The translations under genes were made by a program, and so were the position numbers. DNA of 64,000 bases from Methanotrichaceae archaeon (GTDB taxonomy: Archaea; Halobacteriota; Methanosarcinia; Methanotrichales; Methanotrichaceae): NCBI GenBank assembly GCA_963813075.1, contig CAWEXU010000013.1:32001-96000 (forward strand), read 5' to 3'. Below the pieces are notes generated by a model, which saw only the letters and a program-made list of their open reading frames with translations, was not told the origin of the DNA and did no database searches. This document shows positions 1 through 11,777 of this stretch, in pieces (position 1 is the stretch's first letter; each line of letters begins with the position of its first letter).

Positions 1-206
1 AAATATAACTGTTTTTATCAATATTTCGATGCAAATTTCGCACGTCGATGTGGTGTCCAAAACCCTGGGAGATGCGCGAAAAGCCATTGCATATCGAAAA
101 TCGCTTCGAACAGAGCCCAACTTTCTGAAAGTATTCATCAAAGTTGACGGTATGTGCGAAAATCGGCTTTTTTTCGATAGCAGTAAAGGCCGAAAAACGG
201 CCGCTC
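1..206 (+). promoter_or_regulatory. Putative CRISPR leader (partial, runs off window start)
   Basis: Non-coding, AT-rich start, directly before repeat 1. Repeats end in ATTGAAAC (usual 3' end) on + and internally degenerate repeats are at the far end, consistent with + transcription from here. Confidence 0.6.
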
Positions 207-1429
207 GTATCCATGTCTGAAAAGACGTGGCCCAATTGAAACTTCAAATGCTGAAACGACCGTGAAGAATGATCGATGCATATCCATGTCTGAAAAGACG
301 TGGCCCAATTGAAACTTAAATGGCATGCTCCCCAGCGTTTGCGATGCCTGTTCCTTTCCATGTCTGAAAAGACGTGGCCCAATTGAAACGCTATTGCACC
401 GTGAGCGTTCTGTGACATCGCATTCCATTTCCATGTCTGAAAAGACGTGGCCCAATTGAAACAAGTCAGCATATTGCGCTGTCCATTCTAATTGATTGTC
501 AACTTTCCATGTCTGAAAAGACGTGGCCCAATTGAAACGATCTACGACGATTACAATGTCCAGTCTAACTTGACATCTATCCATGTCTGAAAAGACGTGG
601 CCCAATTGAAACACGCATCTCGATCTAGCGCAGCTCTCGAAATAGCTCATGACACTATCCATGTCTGAAAAGACGTGGCCCAATTGAAACGGCGCTAGCC
701 AGCGCTAAGTCACCTCATCCAAATCCACTATCCATGTCTGAAAAGACGTGGCCCAATTGAAACCTAAGTTGCACACGATAGTTCAGATTTCGCAGACCCT
801 ATTTCCATGTCTGAAAAGACGTGGCCCAATTGAAACCGTGACATCGTTACTAATAGCCTCAGACGTGTCCTCATCTATCCATGTCTGAAAAGACGTGGCC
901 CAATTGAAACATGTATCATTGACAGCTATATCAGATTGCTTCACCAGCATCTATCCATGTCTGAAAAGACGTGGCCCAATTGAAACCTTCACTATCGGCG
1001 TTTCACAATCGTGATTCCGACTATCCATGTCTGAAAAGACGTGGCCCAATTGAAACTGTGGCAACTGCCACTATACATATGCTGATCCAATCCGAACTAT
1101 CCATGTCTGAAAAGACGTGGCCCAATTGAAACACTTTCCGTTCTACGCGGGCGCGAATCAGTACGATCAGCTATCCATGTCTGAAAAGACGTGGCCCAAT
1201 TGAAACAGACAATGTTTTGTGATTCTGATGATCGAGTGTTTACCTCTATCCATGTCTGAAGAGACGTGGCCCAATTGAAACTGCTACTGGATGTTCATCG
1301 GGATTCGGCCGATTGGGCAAGGATCCATGTCTGGAGAGACGTGGCCCAATTGAAACTGGAGAACGGATCCTTTGCCACGATTCGCAAAGCCAACTATCCA
1401 TGTCTGAAAAGACGTGGCCCAATTGAAAT
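207..1429 (+). CRISPR. CRISPR array, 17 repeats of 36 bp (consensus CTATCCATGTCTGAAAAGACGTGGCCCAATTGAAAC), 16 spacers of 34-42 bp
   Basis: Repeats start at 207, 280, 354, 427, 503, 577, 655, 728, 801, 875, 951, 1021, 1097, 1171, 1246, 1321, 1394. Hairpin CCATGTCT-GAAA-AGACGTGG. Repeats 15-17 carry substitutions. Confidence 0.99.
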
Positions 1430-1514
1430 GCAATGATCCCTCCGACGTATTATATTAGCCCTCCCTAAAATCTATGGGAAACTTATTTATTCATTAAGCT
1501 GTTCTTCGTATTGA

Positions 1515-4010
1515 ATGAACGCAGTCCTTCTGGGCGCCCTGCTCCACGATTTAGGCAAAGTCGGCCAGCGGGCTGGCCTTTCTGGGAATTGCCATGAGAT
1601 CGCCTCATCCCTTCTAAAACCACTCCTTTTGCATGGCATGGAGGATGCAATAGATTTAGAATCAGTGCCTGATGCCGGAGCCATTCTCAACTCGCCGGAA
1701 AATGAATCTGCCAGGGTCCTGATTCTGGCTGATTGGATCTCCTCCGGCAGAAGTGATGATACGCAAGCATTTGAAGCTGCATCTCCTCTGCAATCCCTTT
1801 TTCCTCTTGTAGATATTAAAAAAGGTGATCTTCCTGGATCTGCTTTTTACTCACCCAAATCTCTGAGCATTTCCCGTGAGGTGATTTTCCCATCTGACGA
1901 AATGCAGGATATCGCCAAAGCCTACAACCGTTTATGGAATTGCCTGATAAAAGATCTCGCTCTCGTCCAAAGAATCGAGAGATCACAGGCCTTATACTAC
2001 TACTCTGCTCTATCTGCTAAAGCGGCACACCTGGGCCGTTCCCTTTGCGGTCACCAGGGCTGCAGGATATTTCCCTCTATGACCATTCCAGAATTACCTG
2101 CGCTATCGCCGCTTGTTTGATGAAAGAAGATGTGATGATGAAGTCTCACAGGACGATGCTCTCGGAAACGGCTGGAAAGGAGAGATTCCTCCTGGTGGCA
2201 GGCGATGTCTCTGGCATTCAGGACTTTCTTTACACCATCACCTCCAAAGGAGCGGCCAAGGGACTTCGAGGACGCTCCCTCTATCTTCAGCTCCTCTCCG
2301 AGGCCGCAGCCAAGTTTATGCTGCGGGAATTGGGCTATCCTCCGGCTAATCTTATCTATTCCGGCGGCGGCCACTTTTACCTCCTCATAAGCTCTGCTGA
2401 CGAAAAACGACTGCAAGATCTAAAGCTGACACTGGAAAGAGCCCTTCTCAAAATGCATCATGGCGACATGTTTCTGGCCCTAGGCTGGACCAAGATGACC
2501 GCCCGTGATCTGCAGGGAACCTCGGATGGATACACTGTCTGGTCTCTCTACTAAATGGGGCAAAGCCATGAACTCCGGCAGGCATATCCAAGCTGCAACG
2601 ATTCTCCTTGCTGGGTTCGGAGGCCTACCAGGAAATTTTCGGCCTGAATCCTGATGAAAAAGGTGGCAAGCGCTCCCGTCTGCGATGTCTGCAAGCGAGA
2701 GGGAGACTTTGTGGTATCGAGCTGAAGGGGGCTGGTACCGATGGCATTCACCCAACCCGGAGAAGGCCTTCTGCGATCATTGCAAAACCTTCGAGAAAAT
2801 GGGCGAGCGGCTGCCTAAGACGAGAGTATCTGATTGAGGTCCAGGGAGGCCGGAAGGATGATCCTCTGGAAAAACGCCATCTTTGCACCTTCGAGCCCTT
2901 TGGAATTGAATACTACTATTACAGCCGGAACAAGGATGACCTTGATCACCTCATGAAAAACTTCCACGAATCAGAGGTTGACAGTCTATTCCCTGGGGCC
3001 GGACAATTTTATCGACGAAAAGCTAGCTAAGATTGCCGCCGAGAATCACGCCGCTCTCGGATTTCGCCTCATTGCCAGGACCACCCCAAAGACTGGCAGA
3101 TGGGACGATTGCCGACCTGAGCGAGCTTGCCGAACGCTGCTGCGGCGTTCCCAGAATCGGCATTCTTCGCATGGATGTCGACAATTTAGGATTGGTCTTC
3201 TCCGAAGGTCTGGGAAAGAATGCCACGCTCTCGCGCATCTCTACCTTGAGCACTATGCTCTCCATCTTCTTCGACGGATGGATAGATAGGATCTGTCAGG
3301 AATGGCCAGATAAGGCATATCTTGATCTACTCAGGAGGCGATGATCTCTTCATTATCGGTTCATGGGATGTGATTCCGGAGATTGCCATGCGCATCAGAG
3401 AGGACTTCAGGGTTTTCACCTGCAATAACCCCAACTTTTCTTTGTCTGGAGGGATTACAATTGCTGATGAGAAGTATCCTCTTTACAAGTCGGCAGAATC
3501 AGCCAAGAAGGCATTGGACGATGCCAAGTCCAGAGAGAAATATGGTGTGGTGGAGAAGGATGCAATTTCATTCTTAAAAGAGACCATGGACTGGACTGAG
3601 ATGCGCATCTCCTAGTGAAATTGCTGACCTACTTAAATTGTGTTTGAAAGTTGAGCGAAAGGGCAAAACACTACCCAGATCGGTCCTCTGGAATCTTTAC
3701 TCTGCCTGGGATCTATATTGGAAAAAAAGAGACCTTCTGAAGAAAAGGATGCTTTCTCAAGAAGATGTTGAACGTTTAGCCCTCCACGACAGGTGGCGTT
3801 GGAGATTGATTTACTTCTTGGACCGGGCAGGAGGCAGGAGCAAGGGATTCGAGAGAGGATCTTGCCGAGATTAAGATCGCCATCTTGAAGAACGAATGGA
3901 AGGGGACTATCAGCCAGAGGGATTTGATCGAATACTTGGGAGTGCCGGCCAGGTGGGCCGAGCTGCTCACCAGAGAGGTAAGTCATGAATCAAAGCGGAA
4001 GAAGGGATGA
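1515..4010 (+). CDS. cas10: Type III-A Cas10/Csm1, split by multiple frameshifts
   Basis: N-terminal HD motif LLHDLGK; ISLYDHSRITCAIA; LVAGDVSGIQDF; LRGRSLYLQLL; LRMDVDNLG; YSGGDDL palm motif; spread over ORFs 1515-2120, 2045-2554, 3033-3344, 3322-3615, 3638-3874 and others. Confidence 0.93.
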
Positions 4011-4396
4011 GGAAAGGCAGCAAAGGGCCAGCATCGAGGATGAGGTTTCAAGCCATATCTCTAAGGTCGGCTCCTTTAAGGAATACACCGGGGATCTTCT
4101 AGTGAAGAGACGCAGAGAACCTCGCCGGATCGATCCAGGATCTTAAGACCGCTCAATTGCGCCGGATCTACGGTGAGGTCAAGAGAATGGAGATGGACTT
4201 CAACAAGGGCGAGGGCTCTTTTTCCAGAGATAGAGTGGTCATGCTCAAGCCTAGGCTTGCTTATGCCGCCAGCAAAAAGCCGGAGGTCATTCGCATCAAG
4301 AATGTATTCTCTAAATGCATCGATAAGATCCAGGGTCCTGAAGACTTCTCTCGATTCGTCAGCTTCTTTGAGGCCATTTTGGCTTACCATAGGTGA
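3985..4396 (+). CDS. csm2: Type III-A small subunit Csm2 (one frameshift)
   Basis: TAQLRRIYGEVK...LKPRLAYAA...FVSFFEAILAYHR; ATG at 3985 overlaps the cas10 end. Confidence 0.9.
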
Positions 4397-4402
4397 TTAC
4401 AA

Positions 4403-5236
4403 ATGACAAAGCTTTTGGGCAAGATCATCATTGAGGGCAAGATAATCGCTCTTACCGGGCTTCATGTGGGCGGTTCGAGCACGGGCATGGAGATTGGAGG
4501 TGTGGACAGCGTGGTGGTGAGGGATTCCATAACTCGCAGGCCCTACATTCCAGGCTCCTCGCTTAAGGGCAGTCTGAGAAGCCTCATGGAGAGATCCGAA
4601 GACAAATCCATTCAATAACAAAGTTGCAAACTCCTGGATTCACATGTGCAAGGACCTAGCGGACTTTGAAAAGTGCAGCGTCTGCCGGGTTTTTGGTGTC
4701 ACCGCTGACTCCATCAAGACTGCCCGAGTCGACTGAATCTGGCGAGACTGACAATACTATGCCTACCCTTACTCGTCTGATGGTCAGAGATGCCATGATG
4801 ACTGAAGAGACTGCCAAGACACTGGAGAAAGCGGAGACTGATCTTCTCTTTACTGATGTCAAGACCGAAGTGGTCATCGATCGCATCACCTCCCAGGCGA
4901 CGCCTAGGCAGATCGAGCGCGTCCCGGCAGGATCTGAGTTCGGCTTCGGCATGATCTTCAACATCTTCGTGAAGGAGGATTCAAATTTCCTAAAGCATGT
5001 CTTCCAGGCCATGGCACTCTTGGAGGATGACTCTCTGGGTGGTCAGGGATCTCGCGGTTACGGCAAAATAAAATTCGAAATTGAAAACGTGGCCTGGCGT
5101 CCTACAAAATTACTACGCTACAGGCCAGGGCGAGATACCGCATATTAACGCAGATATGAATTCCGTTGCCCTATCCGGGACGAGTTTGCAGACAGATCCA
5201 ACAGCAGATCGATTGCTTGAATCTCGCTGGTGAGCC
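4403..5236 (+). CDS. csm3: Type III-A RAMP Csm3 (frameshifted; 3' end approximate)
   Basis: TGLHVGG, PYIPGSSLKGSLRSL, KTEVVIDRIT..PRQIERVPAG, LGGQGSRGYGKI. Confidence 0.92.
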
Positions 5237-6240
5237 ATGCCTGATTTTAGCTATTATCTTATCAAGCCCAATGCACCGTTCCATATCGGCGAGCGTGGCG
5301 TGGGCTTGGAGGAAACCTCGGCAATGCTCCACTCCGACACTCTCTTCGGAGCGATATGCTGGGCCTGGAGACTGCTTTATGGTGAAGAAGATCTCCTTGA
5401 ACTCCTGGATTTGTACTGTCAGGCCAGACCACCCTTCCTCATATCCTCAACCTTCCCCTTTATTGGCAAGACGATGATTTTACCCAAGCCCTTGCATGGC
5501 CTGGGACAGGCTGGACAGGAGAAGAACTTCCGGCGGGCTTCATTGATCTCGCATTCCATATTTCAGAGCCTGGCTCAAGGAAAAAGCCTTCTGGATTGCA
5601 GTTACAAAATAGTTCGAGGAGATCCTGGAAATGTAATTGTCTCACCTCAAGAAGCCACCCAAATTCAAGATATGGTAGGCACAGGCTCAGCATGGACAGT
5701 AGGCGAGGCTCCCCGAGTAACCTTGGATCGTGACACAAGACGATCGGATATCTACTACGCAGGAGATGTCAGATTCATGAAAGATTGTGGTCTGTACATG
5801 CTGGTAGATTTCCTGGATGCAGCTTATAAATCTAAGTTGGAGGGCGCCTTGCGTCTTTTAGGTGATGAAGGGACTGGGAGGAGAAAGGTCTTCCGGAAGA
5901 GGCTCTTTTCTCTTTATCTTAGACCCAGGTTCACTGTCTTTAGGATCTGATGAGGGTGATGGGGCGATGCTTCTCTCCCTGTGTCGTCCACGAAGAGAAG
6001 AAACCGCTATTCTGCCCAGATCTTATTACGGCTTGATCACAAGAAGAGGCTGGGTGGCAGGCAAATCCGACAAGAGGAAGAGAAGCGTGAGAATGCTCGT
6101 CGAGGGTTCAGTAGTCCCTTGCGGACCGGAGAATTTGCTTGGTTGCATGGAGGACGTAGGTGGCGAAGGAACACGAAAAGGCAAAAAGAATCCTCTCTTA
6201 TGGCCTAGCATTTAAAGCACCCATGAGGATGGGACAATGA
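5237..6240 (+). CDS. csm4: Type III-A RAMP Csm4 (frameshifted)
   Basis: FHIGERG, HSDTLFGAIC, ISSTFPF, PRVTLDR, GLGGERSSGRG. Confidence 0.9.
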
Positions 6241-7334
6241 GATATATTCTTCATTTCATTACGCCTCGTGCATGTGGGCAGCGGACTGAAGCTGGGCAAG
6301 ATGGACTACGTTGTCAGAGGCGATCGGGTAATGATAATAGATCTGCAACGCCTCGTCTCTCTTCCCGAAAGTAGATCCGGAAGAGCTATCCGATGCCATG
6401 GACATGAGGAACTTTGATATTGGCGCTTATTTGCGCGCAAGGGCATCGATCCGGCACAGGTGGCATCATATTCAATACCCTGCGGCGGCCTCCTCAGGGC
6501 GAAATCATTTGCTGCCTGAAGGATGGATTAGGAAGTCCATACGTGCCTGGAAGCTCGCTAAAAGGTGCTCTAGAACAGCAATTCTCTGGGAGAGAATCAA
6601 GAACGATTCAAGCCTGATGAATGAGGCCAGAGATAAGATCGAGTCCGCAATAGAGCGTGCTGGACCGAGGAGTTCGCGGCCTGGGCAGCGCAGCCTCTGG
6701 AGAGATTGTTTTTGGGAAGAGATCCTGTCAAAGGAAATCACCCCAATTATGATCACCTTCGCGCTCTGAAAGTGTCAGACACCGACATCATACCCAAGGA
6801 GCAGCTCCAGTGCTTTGATGCAGCTGTGAGGAATCTGCAGCGGCGACAGACTTGAGACGAAAATGACGTTATGCGCCGAAGCCTTCCGGCCAGGTACAGA
6901 GACCCAGATCTCTTTAGACATAGATCCGTTCCTTCTCAGAGATGATATTCAATCAAAGCTTAATTTAAAGGTGGAAGATCTGAAGGACCTGGAAAAAATC
7001 GCTAGATCTTATTATTCTGATTATATAAAGTCTGAAATTGATTTCTTCTCGGAATATGATGAACCAGTTCCTTGTGATTTTTATAAGAAACTGCAATCCC
7101 TTAATGAAAGAAAGAGGCGGAATGCTCTTAAGGGCTGGATGGGGATCGGGTTGGCATGGGATGACTGTGGCCAGGCTATTTCCGGATCTTCTTGACGATA
7201 TCCGTGATGCATTCCGTCTCGGGAGAGCAAATGTTGCTGAGTTTCCGAAGACCAGAAAGCTGGCGCTTATGGATGATGATCCAAAATACCAGATGCAACC
7301 CTTTGGATGGATCTTGGCAAGGCCGATCAAATAG
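6237..7334 (+). CDS. csm5: Type III-A RAMP Csm5 (frameshifted)
   Basis: VHVGSG, PYVPGSSLKGA, LRAGWGSGWHGMT, FPKTRKL, QPFGW; ATGA overlap with csm4. Confidence 0.87.
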
Positions 7335-7354
7335 AGGTTCTGGGGGCATCACCT

Positions 7355-8543
7355 TTGGAGGAAAGCGATCACGTTTCTCGGCATACAAAATTATGCTGAA
7401 ACCACATATTTTCTGAATGAAAAGAGCTGCAGGACAAATCTCTTTCCAGAGGCTCTCAACAGTTTCTTTAGTCCAGAAGAGATTCTTGTATTCCTCACCA
7501 AAGATGCAGAGAACAAGTATCTGGAAATCCTATCAAATCGCCTAAAGGGAAAAACGTCATTACGTCCAATCTCCATCCCAGACGGAAAGAATGAAGCAGA
7601 GATATGGTCAATCTTCGAAAAATTGACTCAGAATGTGGACAGCGGCGACAGGATCATATTTGACATAACGCATGCCTTTAGGTCAATACCTTTCCTGGCC
7701 ATAATAGCAGTCTCTTATCTTCGGGCTGCAAAAGATATGGAGCTTGAAGCCCTTGTCTATGGAGCATATGAAGCCAGAGTGGATGATAGAAGCCCCGTAT
7801 TTGATCTGACACCATTTATCACGCTATTGGATTGGACAAATGCTACAGATAAATTTGTTAAGACTGATCAGGGTTCAGAAATAGCTCACCTCCTCAGAGA
7901 TGCTCACCAGGTAGCTTATAAAATTCCCGAATCCAGAGATGGCCGACAGCCACCCAGAGAGCTGAAGAACATAGCTGCAGATATTGAAGAAATATCAAGG
8001 GCAATGCTCCTGGCCCGATCCGAGGAGGTTATGAACAAAGCATGGAAGATGTCCAACCGGCCAGACAGCTGCAGAAAGGAAGCAGATGATTGGGCCAAAC
8101 CATTCTCGCTCTTGATAGATCGTATCAATCAGGAATTCAGTCCACTTTCTCTCCAGGATCCAAGGAAGGATATAAATCATCGTCTGGCTATAGAGCTTAA
8201 AATACAGAGGCGGCAGCTGGAAAAAGGCCAGGTCATACAGGCAATATTGCTATCAAGAGAATGGGTAGTGACTTACTACACATCGCTTATGGGCATGAAT
8301 CTGCTGTCTGACCGAGAGAAAGCAGAGGACATGCTTAATAGCATGGCAAGATCTACGATCTCGACAGAGAACAGTTCAGAAGAAGAGTCTGAGCTGATTG
8401 GAATCTGGAGAGATCTGATCCAGTTGAGAAATGATGTCGCCCATTGTGGAATGAGGAGCAATCCTATGCAGTCAGGAAAGCTTGTGACAAAAGCAGAGGA
8501 AGTCGTTTTGAGGTTAAGCAAGATAAAGCAATTGCAGCCATAG
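7355..8543 (+). CDS. csx1: Csx1/TM1812-family CARF-HEPN effector (cOA-activated RNase)
   Basis: Frame is open upstream of the listed ORF (KAITFLG..Y.ETTY, IPDGKNEAEIWSIFE); CARF motif FDITHAFRSIPF; HEPN RNDVAH near C-terminus. Start inferred at TTG 7355 with a 1-nt indel. Confidence 0.85.
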
Positions 8544-8545
8544 CC

Positions 8546-8932
8546 ATGATAATAATAAATTTCGCCCATCCACTTACCAATGACCATCTGGATCAGATTT
8601 CAGTGATAACAGGCGAAAATGTCGAGAAGGTAATTGAGATCAACAGCAACATACGGACCGAAGAGCCATTAGCTCCTCAGGCCATTGCATTAATCGACAA
8701 TGTAGTCCTTTCTAAAAGAGAATGGCAGACTCTTTCCATTCTCATAAATCTGCCTTCACTCAACTACACCACAGCAATTTTGATTTCTGAAATCCATGGG
8801 AGATGTGGATATTTGCCTACCATTATCAGGATGAGGCCGGTAAAGGGAGCATTGCCAACAAGGTTCGAGGTGGCCGAGATCATCGATCTTCAAGCCCTGA
8901 GAGATGCAGCTCGCGCCAAAGGATTAGCCTAA
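8546..8932 (+). CDS. csx15: CRISPR-associated Csx15 (putative ring nuclease / cOA binder)
   Basis: MIIINFAHPLT start, LINLPSL, EIHGRCGYLPTIIRMR, FEVAEIIDLQALRD; directly after csx1. Confidence 0.8.
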   Translation: MIIINFAHPLTNDHLDQISVITGENVEKVIEINSNIRTEEPLAPQAIALIDNVVLSKREWQTLSILINLPSLNYTTAILISEIHGRCGYLPTIIRMRPVKGALPTRFEVAEIIDLQALRDAARAKGLA

Positions 8933-8946
8933 GACCATAAACAATG

Positions 8947-9976
8947 CTATGGGCCTTTTTCCATTCTGAACATTCCATTGCCAATTGAAGCCCCCTTTCC
9001 TACATGAATTATTTGTCCGAGCGAAAGCAGGGCCATGATATCCTTTGAGAAAGATCCTCTGTAGACGATCTCTCCCAAAAAGTGAGGAGGCTGCCAGTGA
9101 GACTCATTTTGCATATCGGTTCTGGCGATGGAGATGAACCTCATCCACAAAGGCTGATACTTGCTCCACCTTTTCAGCCTTTTCCAGCATATCCTGGCAT
9201 TCTTCAGGGCTGTAGAGATATCCTGTTCCATGCGAAGATGATAGCATATTGGCACGCAAGAGCAAATGCCCTAGAAGCATCCCAAAGGACGGGACGAGAC
9301 GAATATCCACTCCCGTCTCCGATATGCGTTGGCGTTAGAAATCTCAAGGTTACAGAGCCATCAAACTTTTCTGCCTGCCCGAGAAGATCCAAATAGCTAA
9401 AAGTGCTTATCTTGCTCTGCAGATTGCCGTTATTGTACACTTGTTTTCTTTCCTGGGGAGACAGACTGTCATGCTGACTCCAGATCGAATCTGCCGCCTC
9501 CAATATGGCGATCTTGTCCTAGACCCGATTTCCCAAGATCTCTTAAGGCCAAAAACAGATATGGCAGACTATCCAAAGCGGACCCGATCACAGCAAAGCC
9601 AACCGTTGCGCAGTCTTCGGGACTGTAAGAGCCAGTAGCCGGCGGCTTGAGAATCAAAGGCAAAGGGGCCTCAAATGACCTGAGAGAATCATTTTGGTCT
9701 TCCAGAGGAAATGATGTAAATAGCCTGCCATAGCTGCAGCATTGAGATAATTGGCAATTTTTTCTGCAATGGCGGCGTTCCATTATCGCCTTTGAAGGCT
9801 CTTCTTGGATTATGGATATAAACGGCACAGACACGGTCTATGAGCTTATTGCCCAAGCCAGCCCTAAAGCCGTTTCCTGCCCATAAAGGAATATGGGCTT
9901 GGGTGAGGAATCTTATTCTCGCCTCCAGCAGACAGATTTGAATATCACCCTTTCTTTGGAAATTTGCACGAGCCAA
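8947..9976 (-). CDS. cas6: Cas6-family endoribonuclease (frameshifted)
   Basis: GNGFRAGLG, Cys cluster C..C..CCSY..LF, GLGQDR..GGGRF, LRFLTPT, C-terminal Gly-rich loop HVGKGASIGNG. Confidence 0.8.
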
Positions 9977-10906
9977 AGGGTCTTCTTTGATGCCTCTTGA
10001 TTATTCCATTTCCATCTGCAACAAACGACCCCATTCCAAAATGCGCCGCGTATCCCAACAGCCAGCGGCCCCTGCACCGGCTCTAGGAAGTGGATGCGAA
10101 ATCCATAGGCTGCTCGGCTGGATGCTTTTATCCCATGGGAGTTATCATTGCGCACGCTCTGGAAGTTGGACCAGAATACCTTGCTCTCGCCCAGATTGCG
10201 TGCAGGGCACTCGCTCCACCATTGCTGGCACTGGAAATCCGCCCAGCTTCAATAGTCTTCTCAGCTCGTGCTCTGGGCTGTCGATCTGCAAGCCTGTGGC
10301 ATCTCGCTTGGCAGCGCCCGCCCGCGTGATCTTGGGGTGGCGGGTGGGAACAAAAGGCAGGCGTGAAATCCATGTTCGGGATTTGGCTAGCAGTGAACAC
10401 CGACCCAGCTCCAGGTCTGTTCCTCCAAAATCCTCTGGCTGGCCCATGCCCAATAGCGAAAGATGAACATCAGGAACACTTCCACCGTAGACATGCTCCA
10501 ACTTTTGCAGAGCTTTCTGATCATGGGAACTGAAACCGGTCGAGGAAGAAACTGTGACATGAGTTATCTCTCCCTCGTTCCCCCTTCCCAGCCCCAGATT
10601 TGATTCGCAGAAGATGTATGCGTGCTCGTGGCCCTTTAAAGGCCGATGTGAGCTATCGCAGCCCGTGAATACACTGGAGCCATTGGAGAGCTCAACTAAA
10701 GCCAGATGAATTCTCTCTGCCAGGAGAAGAGCCATTGTCAGCTTTGGAGGCTGGTCGCCTGATACAAGAAATCTGGCCACAGATGGATCTTTAGCCATAA
10801 GACCCGACCTGACCAAAGATAGGCTACTTGATTTTAAAGTACGATTTGGTGATCTGGAATTAGGTTGCATAACTCTATAGTAGTCTCCTGTTGGGCGAAA
10901 TGGCAT
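9945..10906 (-). CDS. Stand-alone Cas6-like C-terminal half of type I-G Csb2 (frameshifted)
   Basis: GHEHAYIF, SRTWISRLPFVPTRHPK, GFRIHFLEPVQGPLAVGYAAHFGMG (read across two indels); about 300 aa versus roughly 500 aa for full Csb2. Confidence 0.72.
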
Positions 10907-10978
10907 TCAAAGATAAGTACTTTGGGGAGTCGCGGACGGAATTTATGACCCATAAGACATATATATTGACATTATAAA

Positions 10979-11012
10979 TTATCCCTGTCTGAAAAGACGT
11001 GGCTCATTAAGC
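10979..11012 (+). repeat. Solitary degenerate CRISPR repeat
   Basis: TTATCCCTGTCTGAAAAGACGTGGCTCATTAAGC; hairpin largely retained; ends 18 nt before ATG 11031. Confidence 0.85.
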
Positions 11013-11030
11013 TTATTGTGAGATGTATGA

Positions 11031-11680
11031 ATGAACAGGTTAACCCAATACTTCCGCGCCAACTGGGAGAGCATCTTGATTGAAGCCATTCTCCTACAAT
11101 TCTTTATAGCAGGCATTCTCGAGGGTAATCTGATCTTTGCAACGATAGCCGCAGTAGGTGGACTGGCGTTGTTGGCATTAATCTATAAAACGATTGCTAT
11201 ATTCGGTCAATGCCAGAAGCCCTTACGCGGCCAGAATATCGCCTTTCAGGTGCCTCGACGTGGGTATGATTTTCACAGTTGGCCGCCAACCTGACACCAT
11301 CCGAATGGCTCTAAAACATCAGAAAGCGGAGTATGTAGCTTTCTCTGCTCAGCAAGATCGGAGACGTGGCCAATCAGTTGATGGAGGAGTTCGCTCTCGA
11401 TGAAGATCACTGTAAGAAAGAGGTGGTCGACCCGCAGAATATCGAGGAAATCCGACTGAAGACTGGCACTGATCCTTAACTGGCTGAATGCAAAGGGGCT
11501 CAGTCCGATTGAGATATCGCTGCAGATATCACAGGTGGTATGACGACAATGTCTGTAGGAGTCTTTTCTATGACTGAAGAGCGCAATGTAGATAGCCAAT
11601 ACATCTTCTGCCGCCAGTATGAGAACAATAGATGTGTGGATGGCACCCAGGAAGCTGTATTCGTCAGCCGTTACAATTAG
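11031..11680 (+). CDS. Two-TM + CARF domain protein, Cam1-like (frameshifted)
   Basis: Hydrophobic N-terminus ILIEAILLQFFIAGIL / LIFATIAAVGGLALLALIY, then IFTVGRQP, and CARF motif ADITGGMTTMSVG in the frame ending TAG 11680. Confidence 0.72.
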
Positions 11681-11777
11681 GGTAAGTTATTGAGGAGGAT
11701 GATGGATTGATCTCGTTAAGTGTCACAATTGATGCTCCTCTTTTTAAAGGTTCGGATATTCGAGAAGCAATGATGTA

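Noticed and set aside
138..683. 181-aa minus-strand ORF with repeated FQLGHVFSDM
   Set aside because: Translation of the CRISPR repeats, not a gene.
243..1393. Self-targeting or duplicated spacers
   Set aside because: No match to the window or between spacers was seen by eye; a BLASTN-short search is needed to exclude partial matches.
11363..11376. AGACGTGGCCAAT resembling the repeat 3' half
   Set aside because: Lies in the TM-CARF coding frame (GDVANQL), is short and lacks the 5' stem arm; probably chance.
1515..11680. Programmed frameshifting or pyrrolysine read-through as the cause of split cas genes
   Set aside because: Breaks are numerous frame changes at unrelated sequences, not in-frame TAGs or a shared slippery motif.
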